From Haliotis rufescens (lineage: Eukaryota), in contig NW_025963924.1 in NCBI RefSeq assembly GCF_023055435.1, forward strand, positions 8,184,001 through 8,248,000: a stretch of DNA of 64,000 nucleotides, read 5' to 3'. Shown one piece after another: positions 51,778 through 64,000 of this stretch. The translations under genes were made by a program, and so were the position numbers. Numbering within the stretch: position 1 is the first letter of the stretch; each line of letters starts with the position of its first letter. Under the pieces are notes generated by a model. That model worked only from the letters and a program-made list of their open reading frames with translations, was not told the DNA's origin and did not search any database.

Positions 51778-53336
51778 CAGTGATCCCTTCATATAATTGT
51801 CACATCTTATTTGATCTTTACTGTCAAGAAACGACACATGTTGCTTTATTTTATGATGTTTGCATGTCATATATAAAAGGGTTAAAAGGCGAACCATAAG
51901 AATAAAAATAATTGTAGCTCCATTAACAAAAGTTCATTTAACACATAATATAAATAGGCTCCAAGTGATACATCTTTCTTGCCTTTTGTTTAACATATTT
52001 GAGAGAATTCCTTTGAAAGCGATCCTTTATGATCACGTATTGTTGATCTAAATACAAAACAGCAACTTTTGTGTACTCGTTATGCTTTGTGACCTTTGTG
52101 ATGCATACAGTGACAACCAATAGTTCATATGATCTTTACATGAGATAGCTGAAACTAGAAAAAAATAATCCATGTTGGGAAAAATAACTTGAACATTCTT
52201 TGTCTCAACGAAACGCATTTTGAAAAAGAAATGACCTTTGGCCTTTCCCCAAAAAGCTTGTGATGAGCATAACACATATTTTTATACAAAATTGTACGTT
52301 AGGGTTTAAGCATTTCACAAATACTTATATGACAAAAATCTTTCCATACTAACAAATGTTATTACGTTAAACACTCCGGTACAATATCACCTCAAGGGCC
52401 CCTACGCGATAGTCACGCAAGATAGTTGATGACAACCGGTCTTATCTCAAACCTAAATGATTCCTGATTATGAAAAATCACAGCCTACTCGATCGCCAGA
52501 ACTGCGCCACATTTACGCCATCTTTGGGGTCTGGCGTCTGGACCAATATATTAAACTACCAAATATACTACGCTTGAAATACTGGCCTTCATAAATCACT
52601 TTGAATGACGTGGAACTTGCATACCCTCTTAGGGGGACAAATATATAATGCTACTTCCATGGTATAGCCACTAACAATCTTAGGTACTGATTAGGCACTA
52701 TTATTTTTATAAACGAATCAACATTTTTCAAATAATTCAATTTCTTATGATCAAAAGGGAACCTTTTTTAAATGATCCATTATTGATGTTACTATGAAAT
52801 ATGTATCCCTATTTATAATGGGTTCATCTCTATATCTGAATCTGAAATCAAACGTTTTGGCCATGCGTCCCACTCTGTTCGAACTACAGCAGTCACAAAC
52901 GCCGATTTTTATGCAATGAGAAACAGATCAGCGAAGAGAGGGTACAATTAGTTTCCATGGGGATACGTAATCGCACAAGGGTCGCTTGGAACTAGGCCCT
53001 GGAATATGTATTAAACCTGCTCTTATTTTATTTCATATCTTGCTTTGATGCTCACGTCTTGCGTGACAAACAGGTTTAAGAATAACATGAATTGTCTCAA
53101 TTGTTTAAGTATGTTGTGACTCTATTACTTACATACATTTAAAAAACCTTTGTTTTCATGACAACAAGGACACTTTACGACTAAATCTGAAACTAGACGT
53201 CAAGTTTGCCTTTCAACAACCATTTGACTGCAGTCATTAACTTGTACTCAGGTTGCATTGATTATCATGTCATACAATGTTAAGAACATTTGGTCCGATT
53301 TGGAGCTCAATGTTTCGGTATTCCATGCACGCGTAT

Positions 53337-53639
53337 ACCGCCTCCGCGGTCTAGGGCTAGAGCGTCCGCCTGAAGAGCGGAAGGTCTGGGGTTCGATCCC
53401 CGACCGCGTCGTACCAAAATACGTTAAAAGATGGTAATTGTTGTTGCCCTGTCTGGCGCTCGTCATTATTGACCTAAAACAAGGACTGGTCGGCTCGGAG
53501 TCAGTATGGCAGTTGGCAAGCATTATAAATCGGCAACAGTCCGGACTTGTACAAGCAGCCATACACACACGTGCATGCTATACAAGTGCAATAATCTTGG
53601 ACGCGACCTTAAACCCCATTTCATCTCACCTCACCTCAC
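53337..53639 (+). mobile_element. SINE family D, with tRNA-like head
   Basis: ggtctagggctagagcg...ggttcgatcccc head. TSD ccatgcacgcgt / ccatgcacgtgt. Confidence 0.88.
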
Positions 53640-54606
53640 CCATGCACGTGTGATCTTAAAATATGCAGCCCAAGTTTTGTCCAACAAATAGTAACGTAGA
53701 CATGAAATCATTAATCACATCGAGGGAGCACACTATATACATGAAAGACTGCAGGATGAGTTTATACAAATACTGCATCAATCAAATTTAAATGCACTCC
53801 ACTCGTTGGTTGTAAATATGACGATATTATCGTAAATGTTTCTTTTGTCTCTATAATGACTGTACGTATTAAACAAAAAACTATTTTGGAGAAATTATTT
53901 ATCATTGTATTTTCAATATTATCTATTTGAATATTATAATATTTATATCTCACTAACAAATATTTTACACGTTTCATCCATCAGTTATAGCAATTATTCC
54001 TCATATATTTCTGTCATTAAATCATTTGAAGCCCAACCCAGAGTCTATTCTCATCGCTCTTTCTTTATAAATGTGGCATCCTTCAAAGAAGCTATAAGTC
54101 TTAGCAATCAATAAGGGAAAATCAATCGAGGCTCGAAGATGTGTATAGAACCTTGTATGCAGCCTTCTTTCTATCCGTGGCAATATCAGTCAAAGATGAT
54201 GACTAATTTGACGTTTGACATAGACTTACAGTATTTTTCTTCTTCTTGTTACGATGATAGACAGCTTGTGGCGTTCCATAATATACATGTATGTTTTGTC
54301 ATTTTACTTTACATGTAGATGGTTTAAGTTTGTTACGCTGAATTTAATTATCTGGTGTTTTTTGTAATTTATGATGGGACGGATGGCATTTTTAATTATT
54401 TTATTTAGTTTGCGTTCCAGGTGAAATATGTACGTTTTCTGTGTCACTTTGAGCGTTTCGTGTCACCTTAATATTTTATTAATGTGATCGTGGGTTGGAA
54501 TCCCCGGTTCGCCATGATGATGTTTTTAGGTTTATCAACACCAAACCCGTGCTCGTGGGTTTCATCCAAAGCGTCCCATCATCACTTGATACTGTGATAT
54601 TAATCA

Positions 54607-54732
54607 GTGAGTGAGTATGGTTTTACGCCGCTTTTAGCAATATTCCAGCAACATCACGGCGGGGGACACCAGAAATGGGCTTCACACATTGTACCCATGT
54701 CGGGAATCGAACCCGGGTCTTCGGCGTGGCGT
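54607..54732 (-). mobile_element. SINE family A, 5'-truncated
   Basis: Matches the family A body and tail. Confidence 0.85.
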
Positions 54733-54999
54733 GATATTGATCAAATATTTGATAGCGGACTGAGCATAATCGAGTCTGGACCAGACCGACCATTGGTTAA
54801 TATTTTGACAGGCTGAAAATATCCTACATTTACTATTTGCTTGTACACATGTAAAAATGTTGTGGCACAGCTGATGCAATGGATAGAGAATAGAACTGGT
54901 ACTATACTGAATATTGATAAAAATCACATTATTGCTATATAATACGCAAAAATATGTCTCATACACGAAATGTGAGTACGATAAATTTATGACGTCGCC

Positions 55000-55161
55000 G
55001 GGGCGGGTAGCCTAGTGGTTAAATCGTTCGCTCGTCACGCCGAAGCTCCGGGTTCGATTCCCGACATGGGTGCAATGTGTGAAGCCCATTTCTGGTGCCC
55101 CCCGCCGTGATATTGCTGGAATATTGCTAAACGCGGCGGAAACCCATACTCACTCACTCAC
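55000..55161 (+). mobile_element. SINE family A
   Basis: A and B boxes. Imperfect TSD tatgacgtcgcc / tatgacctcgtc. Confidence 0.9.
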
Positions 55162-55849
55162 TATGACCTCGTCATGCCTCAACCTCTTTGCATAGCCATA
55201 CTGTCCTGACCAATGTGCCTATCCAACATGTATTTGATATAATTACAATAGATTAATTAATAACCTTATACACTCATATTGGCCAATATAATGTAATATG
55301 CTATTGAAATAACATGTCCTATCTGTACCCAAGAAAAAAAGAAATTAAGTCATTAAAAATAATATTATGACAGGCATAATATTATTCTAGCCCCGCAGGG
55401 GTTAATCATAAACTGGTTCTATTATTATGAAACACCTCCGATACATATACTCAACGTCAACAGTAACTGCGATACAGTTCTAATTTATCATACTGTGATA
55501 TTTATTTAGTCCTAACTAATTAGCCCCTTCCCCCTCAAGATTTAATAGAAAGTGTTTCATTTGACTGAAGATTGACCTTCATAGGGTTTTTTTTTTAAAT
55601 ATTGATTTCTGTTTCATTGCAAAATTTCATGAATTCGAAATTTGATATTCACATTCTTTCCTGGAAATCGTTGCATGTATACAATTTATGGTAAGATTAT
55701 GGGACAGATAAACTGTGTAAAGCCAATTTGTTCTGTCTTGACATATAGTTTGTTTCGTATGCATTGCATACAACCGGAAAAATGCTAAGCATCACTCATT
55801 TGATGTACATGTAAATGTCTAAGATACCACCGATTCCTGATGAAAAAGG

Positions 55850-56104
55850 TGAGCTTAACGCCGCTTTTAACAGTATTCCAGTTATATCGCGGCGTGTCAG
55901 ATTAAAGTGGGAGTTAAGCTCGAAGTGATGCAGGTCTCAGACGTTTACCACTTCGGTGAAACCCACGAGCACGGGTATGGTACTGACAAACCTAGAAACA
56001 TAATCGGGGTGAACCGGGATTCGAACCCGCAATAATAGGTTTCTAGCGTGCCCAAGGGACGCAACTCTGCACAGCGCCTTAGACGACTGGGCCACCCGTG
56101 GCCC
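55850..56104 (-). mobile_element. SINE family C
   Basis: TSD cctgatgaaaaagg / cctgatgaagaagg. Confidence 0.9.
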
Positions 56105-56554
56105 CCTGATGAAGAAGGAGAGTTTTCTCTTGACATTTATAGTTTCTATGTACATGTTCTATACCATACAATATTTGATTTAAGTAATTGTTAGTTTAGA
56201 AAATTTTGATATAATATCCTTGGAAAGAATTTTGTTTCTATTGTAGTTTTTCTTCTGAACCTCGTCATCAGCTAACGTCTAAATTGTTAGATAACGCTAC
56301 AACGTTTACCCTGGTAAAAATGCTACATGTGTGTGCCAACAAAAAATGGAAATAAACTTTGATTGGTGAGCAAGTTTATCAGTAATGTGAATCTTGCCGC
56401 AACAAACAATGTTTGTTCTTCTTGATGGACACACGTACAGGTTGACCTCGTATCATTTAAAGAAGCACAGCAAGAAATTGAAAGGCTCTTCAAATAGCTT
56501 TTGTCATGGTATAGTTATAATAAAAGCGACAAAATCATTTCCATTATAATAAGG

Positions 56555-56752
56555 GGCCCGTGAAGATCCGGGGTAGAATAAGTCTTTAGCAACCCAGGCT
56601 TGCCGTAAAAGGCGACTATGCTTGTCGTAAGAGGCGACATGTTGTCAATAACTGGATTATCTGGTCCAGATTCGATTACTTACAGACCGCCGTCATATAG
56701 CTGGAATATTGCTGAGTGCGGCGTTAAACAAAAAAACAACAACAACAACAAC
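56555..56752 (+). mobile_element. Short retroelement family B, internally deleted
   Basis: Intact head cccgtgaagatccggggtagaata and (CAA)n tail. Confidence 0.85.
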
Positions 56753-56920
56753 ATTATAATAAGGAAGCATGCTATTGGATAATAGATTTCGTTCGTTTTC
56801 TTTATTTCGATGTGAGTATTGTGACATATTGTGAATAATGTGTTGCGTGAGAAAATGAATACATGATTTGAACAACCCCCCCCCCCCCCCCCCCCCCCCC
56901 CCCTAGCCATATTGTATGGG

Positions 56921-57204
56921 AGTGAGTGAGTTAGTTGGGTTTAACGCCGCTTTTAACAGTATTCCGGTTATATTGCGGCGTGTCAGCTTAATGTGGGTGT
57001 TAAGCTCGAAGTGATGCAGGTCTCAGGCGTTTAACACTTCGGTGAAACCCACGAGCACGGGTATGGTGCTGACAAACCTAGAAACATAATCGGGGCGAAC
57101 CGAGATTCGAACCCACAATCATATGTTTCTGGGGTGCCCAAGGGACGCAACTCCTCTGCACAGCGAATCGCGGCGCATTAGACGACTGGGCGACCCGTGC
57201 CCCC
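56921..57204 (-). mobile_element. SINE family C (next to poly-C at 56876-56903)
   Basis: Full-length match to 6955-7237. Confidence 0.9.
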
Positions 57205-58087
57205 TAGGGGTTAGCTACTAACTTTGTGAACTAGTTTCAAAGTGTATGTATGATGACAGTAACTTTTGTCCAATGGTGCTATTAACGTTGTACAAGTACA
57301 GTTTCCAATAAAAGTAATGCTTTTTATACGGTAGAACCTCTGCTTTCGTAAGTGCCACGGTTGGGGCAGATTGGCATCAATATCCCCACAGGTGAAGTGA
57401 GCTCATGTACATGCATAGACGTGACTCTTTTATATCTGTGCTCATGAGGGCCATAGCCACCAATTCGCCACTAATGTTCAGTTCTGTTTAAAAGAGGTCG
57501 AATTGTGGACTGTCGGTAATCTTGATTACATTTGACTGAACTCATTGGCTTACACCCTATCTAAATCACTCCTTTGTCGACAATGGTTCGATGATTCGTT
57601 AACTTTTCTACCACGTCTTCTAACGTATAACATGGAGACAGTTGCTCAGACCATTTGGGACTTCCATGTTTTTAACCAAACTCAGATCACGCACTCTGTG
57701 TCAGACGCTTGTACGATAAAGTTATAGATTCCTTGCTTACCCAGACATAATTCCGACTGAGGAACGCGTATTTCTGTAATGATAAAGAGTCTTGATATAA
57801 ATTTACTGATGACATGCCAGCCCCATACAATTGCCTTCGACCTTAATATTTCATTGTAACGATCAAATGTCGTCTTGGAGCCGGATTCCAACATTTGGCA
57901 CACATTCATAATGTGACAGTGTCAGAACCTAGCCACGGTGACCGTGACCTTGGTACACGGTTCTTCATTCTTCGAAATGTGAGGGCGAGGTTAACATGGT
58001 ACACCTGGAAATTAATCCACCAAAATCAATATGACACAGAATGAGCTGTTGTGAAAATGAATAGGTTGTATGTATATGTTAGATATT

Positions 58088-58996
58088 ATGGCCCTTTTCT
58101 CACACCATACAGTTGCTAATACCATCAACGCGCTGCACTTGGAGCACAAGAACCATGAAATGTCTAAAAACATATTGGTCGTGAGACATCCTGGAGAAAA
58201 ACGCATCATTATTAACGCTCGTTGGACGACGTCCATTTGACAACAGTACAGTTTTAAAGGCACAAACGCTACCAGGCAGAGCGATGTCAACCAGAACCAT
58301 CAGCAATCGTCTGAAAACAGCTGGATACAGAGCCAGAAGACCTATCAAACGTCCCTTGTTAACTGAGGCTACAAAACGGCTCGTGTGGTATGGTCTAATC
58401 AACGTCTAAACTGGAATAACTGGACTCCATTTTTCGCATAAAAGTTTCTGTTATGCATGGTAGACGGTCGTACATGTATCTGCAGGCAGACAATTACTGC
58501 CATGGCCGCACACAACATTCTGGAGACCCATCCATTTTGGGGGGAATCAGTAATGCTATAGGGTGTTTCATTCAATTTCAAACTTAACTTGATCCATGTG
58601 CAAGGAAATCTGAACGGACCTCGGCATCAGCATGACATCCTGGAGACGGCAGTCGTTCCTCATTTTGACAGCCATGCATTGGCCACTTGACCTGTTTCTA
58701 TGCAAGACCTCACAGATCACGTGCTGTTCTGAAATGGTTACGCCAGGATGCCATCAAGACTCTTCCTTGGCCAACAAGAAGTCCAGATCTTTATCATTCA
58801 GAACATCTATGTGACATTTTATGCCGTCCAGTTCGACAGAGTGACCCACCTGTCCACAATTTACGTGACCATTGGGCTTTGTATGAGGAATGAGGTAGAA
58901 TACCTCAACGGTCAAGTGCAACGCCTGATTCATGGAATGAGGAGGCGTATGGCGGCAATCCTTCGTGTACAGGGTGGTTACACAAAGTATTGCTGA
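58088..58996 (+). pseudogene. Second, heavily degraded Tc1-like transposase
   Basis: TISNRLKTAGYRARRP, FGGESVML (GGGSVM motif), LPWPTRSPDL..SEHL and RLIHGMRRR...GGYTKY across many frameshifts. Confidence 0.8.
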
Positions 58997-60214
58997 GAAC
59001 CGTGTTTCTTGCATCTACTGACATCAGTTTAGGATTCCGTTGACTCAGACTGGTTTAAAGACGTTCGGTATTTGTTGTGCGACAGTCGTAATTACCACTT
59101 TGTCTATGGTGAATGTAAATAATTTATTTTAAATGTTGTTGTTCCAATTAAAACCCTTGTTTTCTTCATGATTGATGACTCAGATCGATATTGATGGTTT
59201 TATCACTTGCTTGTTCCAGCCTTGACCGCAGATATATATAACGAACATAACGAACAAAAAGTAGTGGCCCCTTTGAGTTCGTCATAACCGTAGTTTACTG
59301 TATATCATATTACCGGGGATATGAGTATTTCATACTTGTTCATATGATGGCATGGTATGTTCCACAGTTTGGTTTCCTGTTTATAAAATTACTAGCTTCA
59401 ATGCCGCAACCGCCTCCGTGGCCTTGTGGGTGGAGTGTAAGCCCGGTGAGTGATTTTCACGGGACCTTACACTTTTCATGGAACTCAATTTCGATCACGC
59501 GTTTCCTTCGATTGCATCCCGTTTTCACAATCAGGCAGAAAAACATTCATGTAGTTATCCATTAACTCGAATCAAGTACGCGTTGGTTTTGGAGAGTAAT
59601 AATTGTGTCACAGATGCTATTAAATGTCTGACTAATACTTCTGTTGACGTGGAAAAGTGCATCTAAAATTAGTTTTATACCACGCACCATCATGAAATCA
59701 TTGATTGCTGTAGTGCTAAATAACCCTGAAACTACTGATGTATAAGCTGATGTCGTTGTGGCGTCAATAGCATTCATCACTGGCGCTGGAGTTTATTGGA
59801 TCCATACCACAATATGGCGTCTCAAATTGAGAACTAAATTAAGGAAACGGTTGTTCTAATTGTATTGTCAACACCTACAAAATACTTGTATAAAGTAGGC
59901 AACAGTTGTTATAAAGAGTTGCAGACACACACAACTCTCGTAAATCAATGGTTTGGAATATTGTTATCGTTTTATCACTATTATCATTATCAAGTAAAAA
60001 AATCACTTACCATAACCTTTCGGAAATTTAATATATTTTCTTGGCTCATTTTTATTCATTTCAAAGTCTATTATTTTTGGCTCAGAATATTTCATTTTAG
60101 AGACGGAATGTTAAGGCAATAACTAATATACTAACATAATAGCTACACATGTGATAGCTCAAGTGGGTGAAGCAAGCATGTCTGCACTGGCTTATCCAAA
60201 GACATTTGTGTAAA

Positions 60215-60525
60215 AGCGACAGAACCATTTTAATTATAAAAAAGCAGAGGCTCCCCATATGCGTACAATTTGTGAAGCTCATTTTCCCCCGCCGTGCCAT
60301 TGTTGGAATAGTGCTAAAATCGGCGTAAAACCATACTCTCTCACTCACTAAAAGGAGATTCTGTTGTACAATTCAGACTATATCAAAAGGATGTGTTAAT
60401 GAATCACTATCAAATAGTGATGAGACTAGGTGTGCGCGAAAAGGTTACAAACACACGCGAAGGCAAGTCAATTATTCCCCTGAGAAAGCACGGGAATATA
60501 TGGTACAAGTCAAAAGAAGGATCGA
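60215..60525 (-). mobile_element. Penelope-like 3' terminal remnant carrying a SINE A fragment (60255-60348, +)
   Basis: Homologous to 38335-38580 (taaaagcgacagaacc; ggcaagtcaatt; atatggtacaagt). Confidence 0.65.
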
Positions 60526-60536
60526 ATAGCTACTAG

Positions 60537-61017
60537 TAGTATATTCCAGCTATATGACGGCGGTCTATACATAATCGAGTCTGGATCAGACAACCAGTGA
60601 CTGGCATCATTAGGATCGATCTACGCAATTGGGTTGGTTGGTTGGTTGGTTTGTTTGTTGTTTAACGCCGCACTCAGCAATATTCCAGCTATATGACGGC
60701 GGTCTGTAAATAATCGAGTCTGGACCAGACAATCCAGTGATTGATGTCATGAGCATCGATCCACGCAATTGGAATCGATGACATGCATCAACCAAGTCAG
60801 CGAGCCTGATCTCCCGTTAGTCGCCTCTTACAACAAGCATAGTCACCTTTTACGGCAAGCATGGGTTGCTGAAGACCTTTTCTACCCCGGAAGCTACACG
60901 AGTCCTACGCAATTGGGATACGATGACATGCATCCACGAAGTCAACGACAACCATAGTCGCCTCTCACGACCAGCATGGGTTGCTGAAGAACAATTCTAA
61001 CCCGGATCTTCACGGGC
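60537..61017 (-). mobile_element. Family B element (60634-60904) nested inside an older family B element
   Basis: 13-bp TSD ctacgcaattggg at 60621-33 and 60905-17. Confidence 0.85.
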
Positions 61018-61144
61018 CAAATAATTAATGTAGTGTTGCCTAAATGCAGTGGTTTTGTTATTTGAGGCGTTGTCAGTGGGAACAATTACAAACTTCTCAC
61101 ACAGTGTGGTTAAATCAATATAGGGTAAACAAGGGTTATATGTG

Positions 61145-61382
61145 AGACTTGCGTCCCTTGGGCACGCCAGGAACCTATGATTGTGGGTTCGAATCCCGGT
61201 TCGCCCCGATTATGTTTCTAGGTTTGTCAGCACCATACCCGTGCACGTTGGTTTCACCGAAGTGGTAAACGTCTGAGATCTCCATCGCTTCGGGCTTTCC
61301 TCCCACATTAAGCTGCCACGCCGTGATATAACTGGAATACTGTTAAAAGCGGCGTTAAACCCAACTCACTCACTCACTCACT
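61145..61382 (+). mobile_element. SINE family C, 5'-truncated
   Basis: B box, body and (ACTC)n tail. Confidence 0.88.
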
Positions 61383-61870
61383 TATGTGTGAGACACAGTT
61401 ATTTCACCAAATCAGAGTGTATGAGTGAGTATTGTTCAACGCTGTCCTTAACAGTATTACAGACAGAGTCATATCTAGACGCGTCAGCTTTATACAGTAG
61501 GAAACCCCGAAATGTCTCAAACGTTTACCGCTTTGGTAAAACGGGTATGGTGCTGACAAACATAGAAACATAATCGGGGCGGTCCCAACAACCTACGCTT
61601 ATCTTGCGAGGCGGCTAAATGGAATGGGTTATCAGTGACTAGGCTGATGTCGCTAACCCGGTAGCGTCAAATGTTGCTTATAATATCAATCACTGATATG
61701 TCTGGAACGGACTCGATCATTTACAGGCAGTAGTCACATTGCTCCGACTCAAGGTTGAACGCATCAGACTTGGATAAACGCATTAAGAAATCAGAGAAGC
61801 AGGAGTTACGCCCCTTGGAAATATTGATGGCTTCCTCCCACTTGACATAATCCACTGGAGCATCCAAAGA

Positions 61871-62147
61871 GTGAGTGAGTGAGTGAGTTGGGTTTAACGC
61901 CGCTTTTAACAGTATTCCAGTTATATCGCGGCGTGCCAGCTTAATGTGGGAGGAAAGCCCGAAGTGATGCAGGTCTCAGTCGTTTACCACTTTGGTGAAA
62001 CCCACGAGCACGGGTATGGTGCTAACAAACCTAGAAACATAATCGGGGCGAACCGGGATTCGAACCCACAATCATAGGTTTCTGGCGTGCCCAAGGGACG
62101 CAACTCTGCACAGCGAATGCGGCGCCTTAGACGACTGGGCCACCCGT
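61871..62147 (-). mobile_element. SINE family C
   Basis: Near full-length match to 6955-7237. Confidence 0.9.
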
Positions 62148-63019
62148 AATTTATCTCAGAGCCCTAATGTTGCCAAATGAACCTAATGAACCTGTACAAA
62201 ACATATTATTATACCTCCATGTCAGAATGATGAGTCTGATCATCCACTTGATCCTGACAAAATACTAAATAAAGCCTAAATGAAATTATTCTTCGTGGCC
62301 TAAATGGGAAACCAAATTAGGTATGCGTATAATTAGTGATCTATTTTAAATTCAAATTACTTATATCAGGCATAACAGTTTCATGTAACACTGTTATGTT
62401 AAGATTTTTCTATTCTTAGCTGGAATATTGCTGAGCGCGGCGTTAAACAACCAAATAAAAAAAACTAGCATCTACAGCATCTAGATTATCCCTAGCATTA
62501 TTACATCATTGGTTATCATAAGCTGTCACGCTATTTCACAGAATCGAGTGATATATGCTGACTTAATAGCAACTGACAATTTTTTCTTATACACATTTCA
62601 CTACATTGACACTAATTGAGATAAGATGAAGCTTCCATCAGGATGCGAGATTACACTTCTCTAACTGGTGGACTTACTGATATAGATTATTGAGGCAGAG
62701 GTATGGGTGTCAGGCCATCTAATTGCATGGCTACAAATTGGTACAATGTCTTTATCATTTATCAGTTGCAGTACTCAGTGCAGAAATGGCCACAAATCGT
62801 GTCGATATTTCAATTATTTCTGTCGCTAAGTCGTTGCTTTGAAGGTCTTGAGGAGGGTTTGTGGTTGTGAACTTTATCACATCGCCAGTGGCTGCTTTCC
62901 TGTCTAATCGAGCAAAGTATTGGCCCCACTTGTCCTGGGGAGAGCGGTCCTCGCGTTGGTGCCGCTAGCCAGAGGTGATGGCGAGAGACAGGATCAGCCT
63001 TGTTAACAACTCTCACACT

Positions 63020-63740
63020 GCGACACGACGTCAGGTGGGCGATGCTTGGTCTTCTCCATACCACAGACACGGTGTCAGCTGGTGGGCTATGCTTGGTCTT
63101 CTCCATACCACAGACACGGTGTCAGCTGGAGAGCGATAGAAGTCTTCATGATACAGACATTATGTTCTGACTGCATCGCTCTCCTGCTAATGGTCAATGC
63201 TTGGAAGTCTCGATACAGACGCGATATCAGGTGGGCGATGCTTGGCAGTCTCATACCATACACTTGGTATCTGCAGGAGAACGATGGAAGTCTTCATGAT
63301 ACAGACATGATGTTCTGACATCACGTCTGTATAATGAAGACTGCCATCGCTCTCCTGCTAATGGGCAATGCTTGGAAGTCACGATACAGACACGATTATC
63401 AGGTGGGCGATGCTTGGCAGTCTCATACCATAGACTCGGGGTCACCACGTGTGCGATGCTTGGATGTCTCCACGTCACCGAAATAGTGTCAGTACATGTA
63501 GATTGGGAGATGCTTTACAGTCTTCATGCTTTGTTTGACAGGCATTACTTAGAAGTTGACGAATGACAAAGTAGAGATAATTTATGGATAACAACTTCTT
63601 TAATTACTGTAATTTACTTTACCGTTATTAAATAAGTTGTAATCCATAAATTGTTATCCATAAATTGTCAGTCTTTATGCTACAGACACGACGTCAGCAG
63701 GTGGGCGATGCTTGGCAGTCTCCATATTTGACATTCTGTC
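63020..63740. repeat. Degenerate ~47-bp minisatellite cluster (ggtgggcgatgcttgg...catac...cagacacg)
   Basis: Motif recurs at ~63035, 63082, 63230, 63403 and 63700, with a second sub-module duplicated at ~63140 and ~63290. Confidence 0.75.
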
Positions 63741-64000
63741 AGATGAGATGAGCCTTGTGTAGATGACAATGCTGATAACTGACGTTTATGCACATTTGAG
63801 TTGACAGTCCTCTCACATCAACCAGACCACATTGCACAGCCACACATTTCTTATTTGATAGTTAATAATTTTACTACATACAACATTCTGCTCTCATTGA
63901 ATGTAGCAGCTAGCAACAGTCTCTTTATACTATTTATAGAATATTTATGTATCATTGATTTACCATTGTATGAACTTTAGATGTGTACCAGAAGTGCATC

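Noticed and set aside
55000-55075. tRNA-Asp-like and other tRNA-like sequences as tRNA genes
   Set aside because: They continue into SINE bodies with simple-repeat tails and TSDs.
57325-59292. Terminal inverted repeats for the second Tc1
   Set aside because: Only tacggt and gccac match between the candidate ends, too weak to set boundaries.

Overview
AT-rich, repeat-dense eukaryotic DNA. The SINE repertoire suggests a mollusc, possibly abalone-like (inference only). I found no intact host gene, rRNA, true tRNA gene or CRISPR array. Bases ~1-44600 form a tandem array of 3-4 diverged copies of a ~9 kb unit (anchors at 314/9474/26474). The copies share decayed minus-strand reading frames of a protein I cannot identify, and each copy has independently gained insertions. 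These include a DIRS/Ngaro-type tyrosine-recombinase retrotransposon (gag, RT-RNaseH, YR; 16.7-20.9 kb), a Tc1 DD34E transposon nested in a LINE, a probable solo LTR, and 12-bp and 83-bp tandem expansions. Elsewhere are remnants of R4/Dong-like, L1/Tx1-like and Penelope-like retroelements, a second dead Tc1 and a ~3 kb 36-bp satellite. Many copies of four SINE-like families with related 3' tails are also present. The best candidates for something undescribed are the cryptic pseudogene array and a possible pseudoknot at the 5' end of a headless short retroelement. All coordinates were read by eye and the boundaries of degraded elements are approximate.
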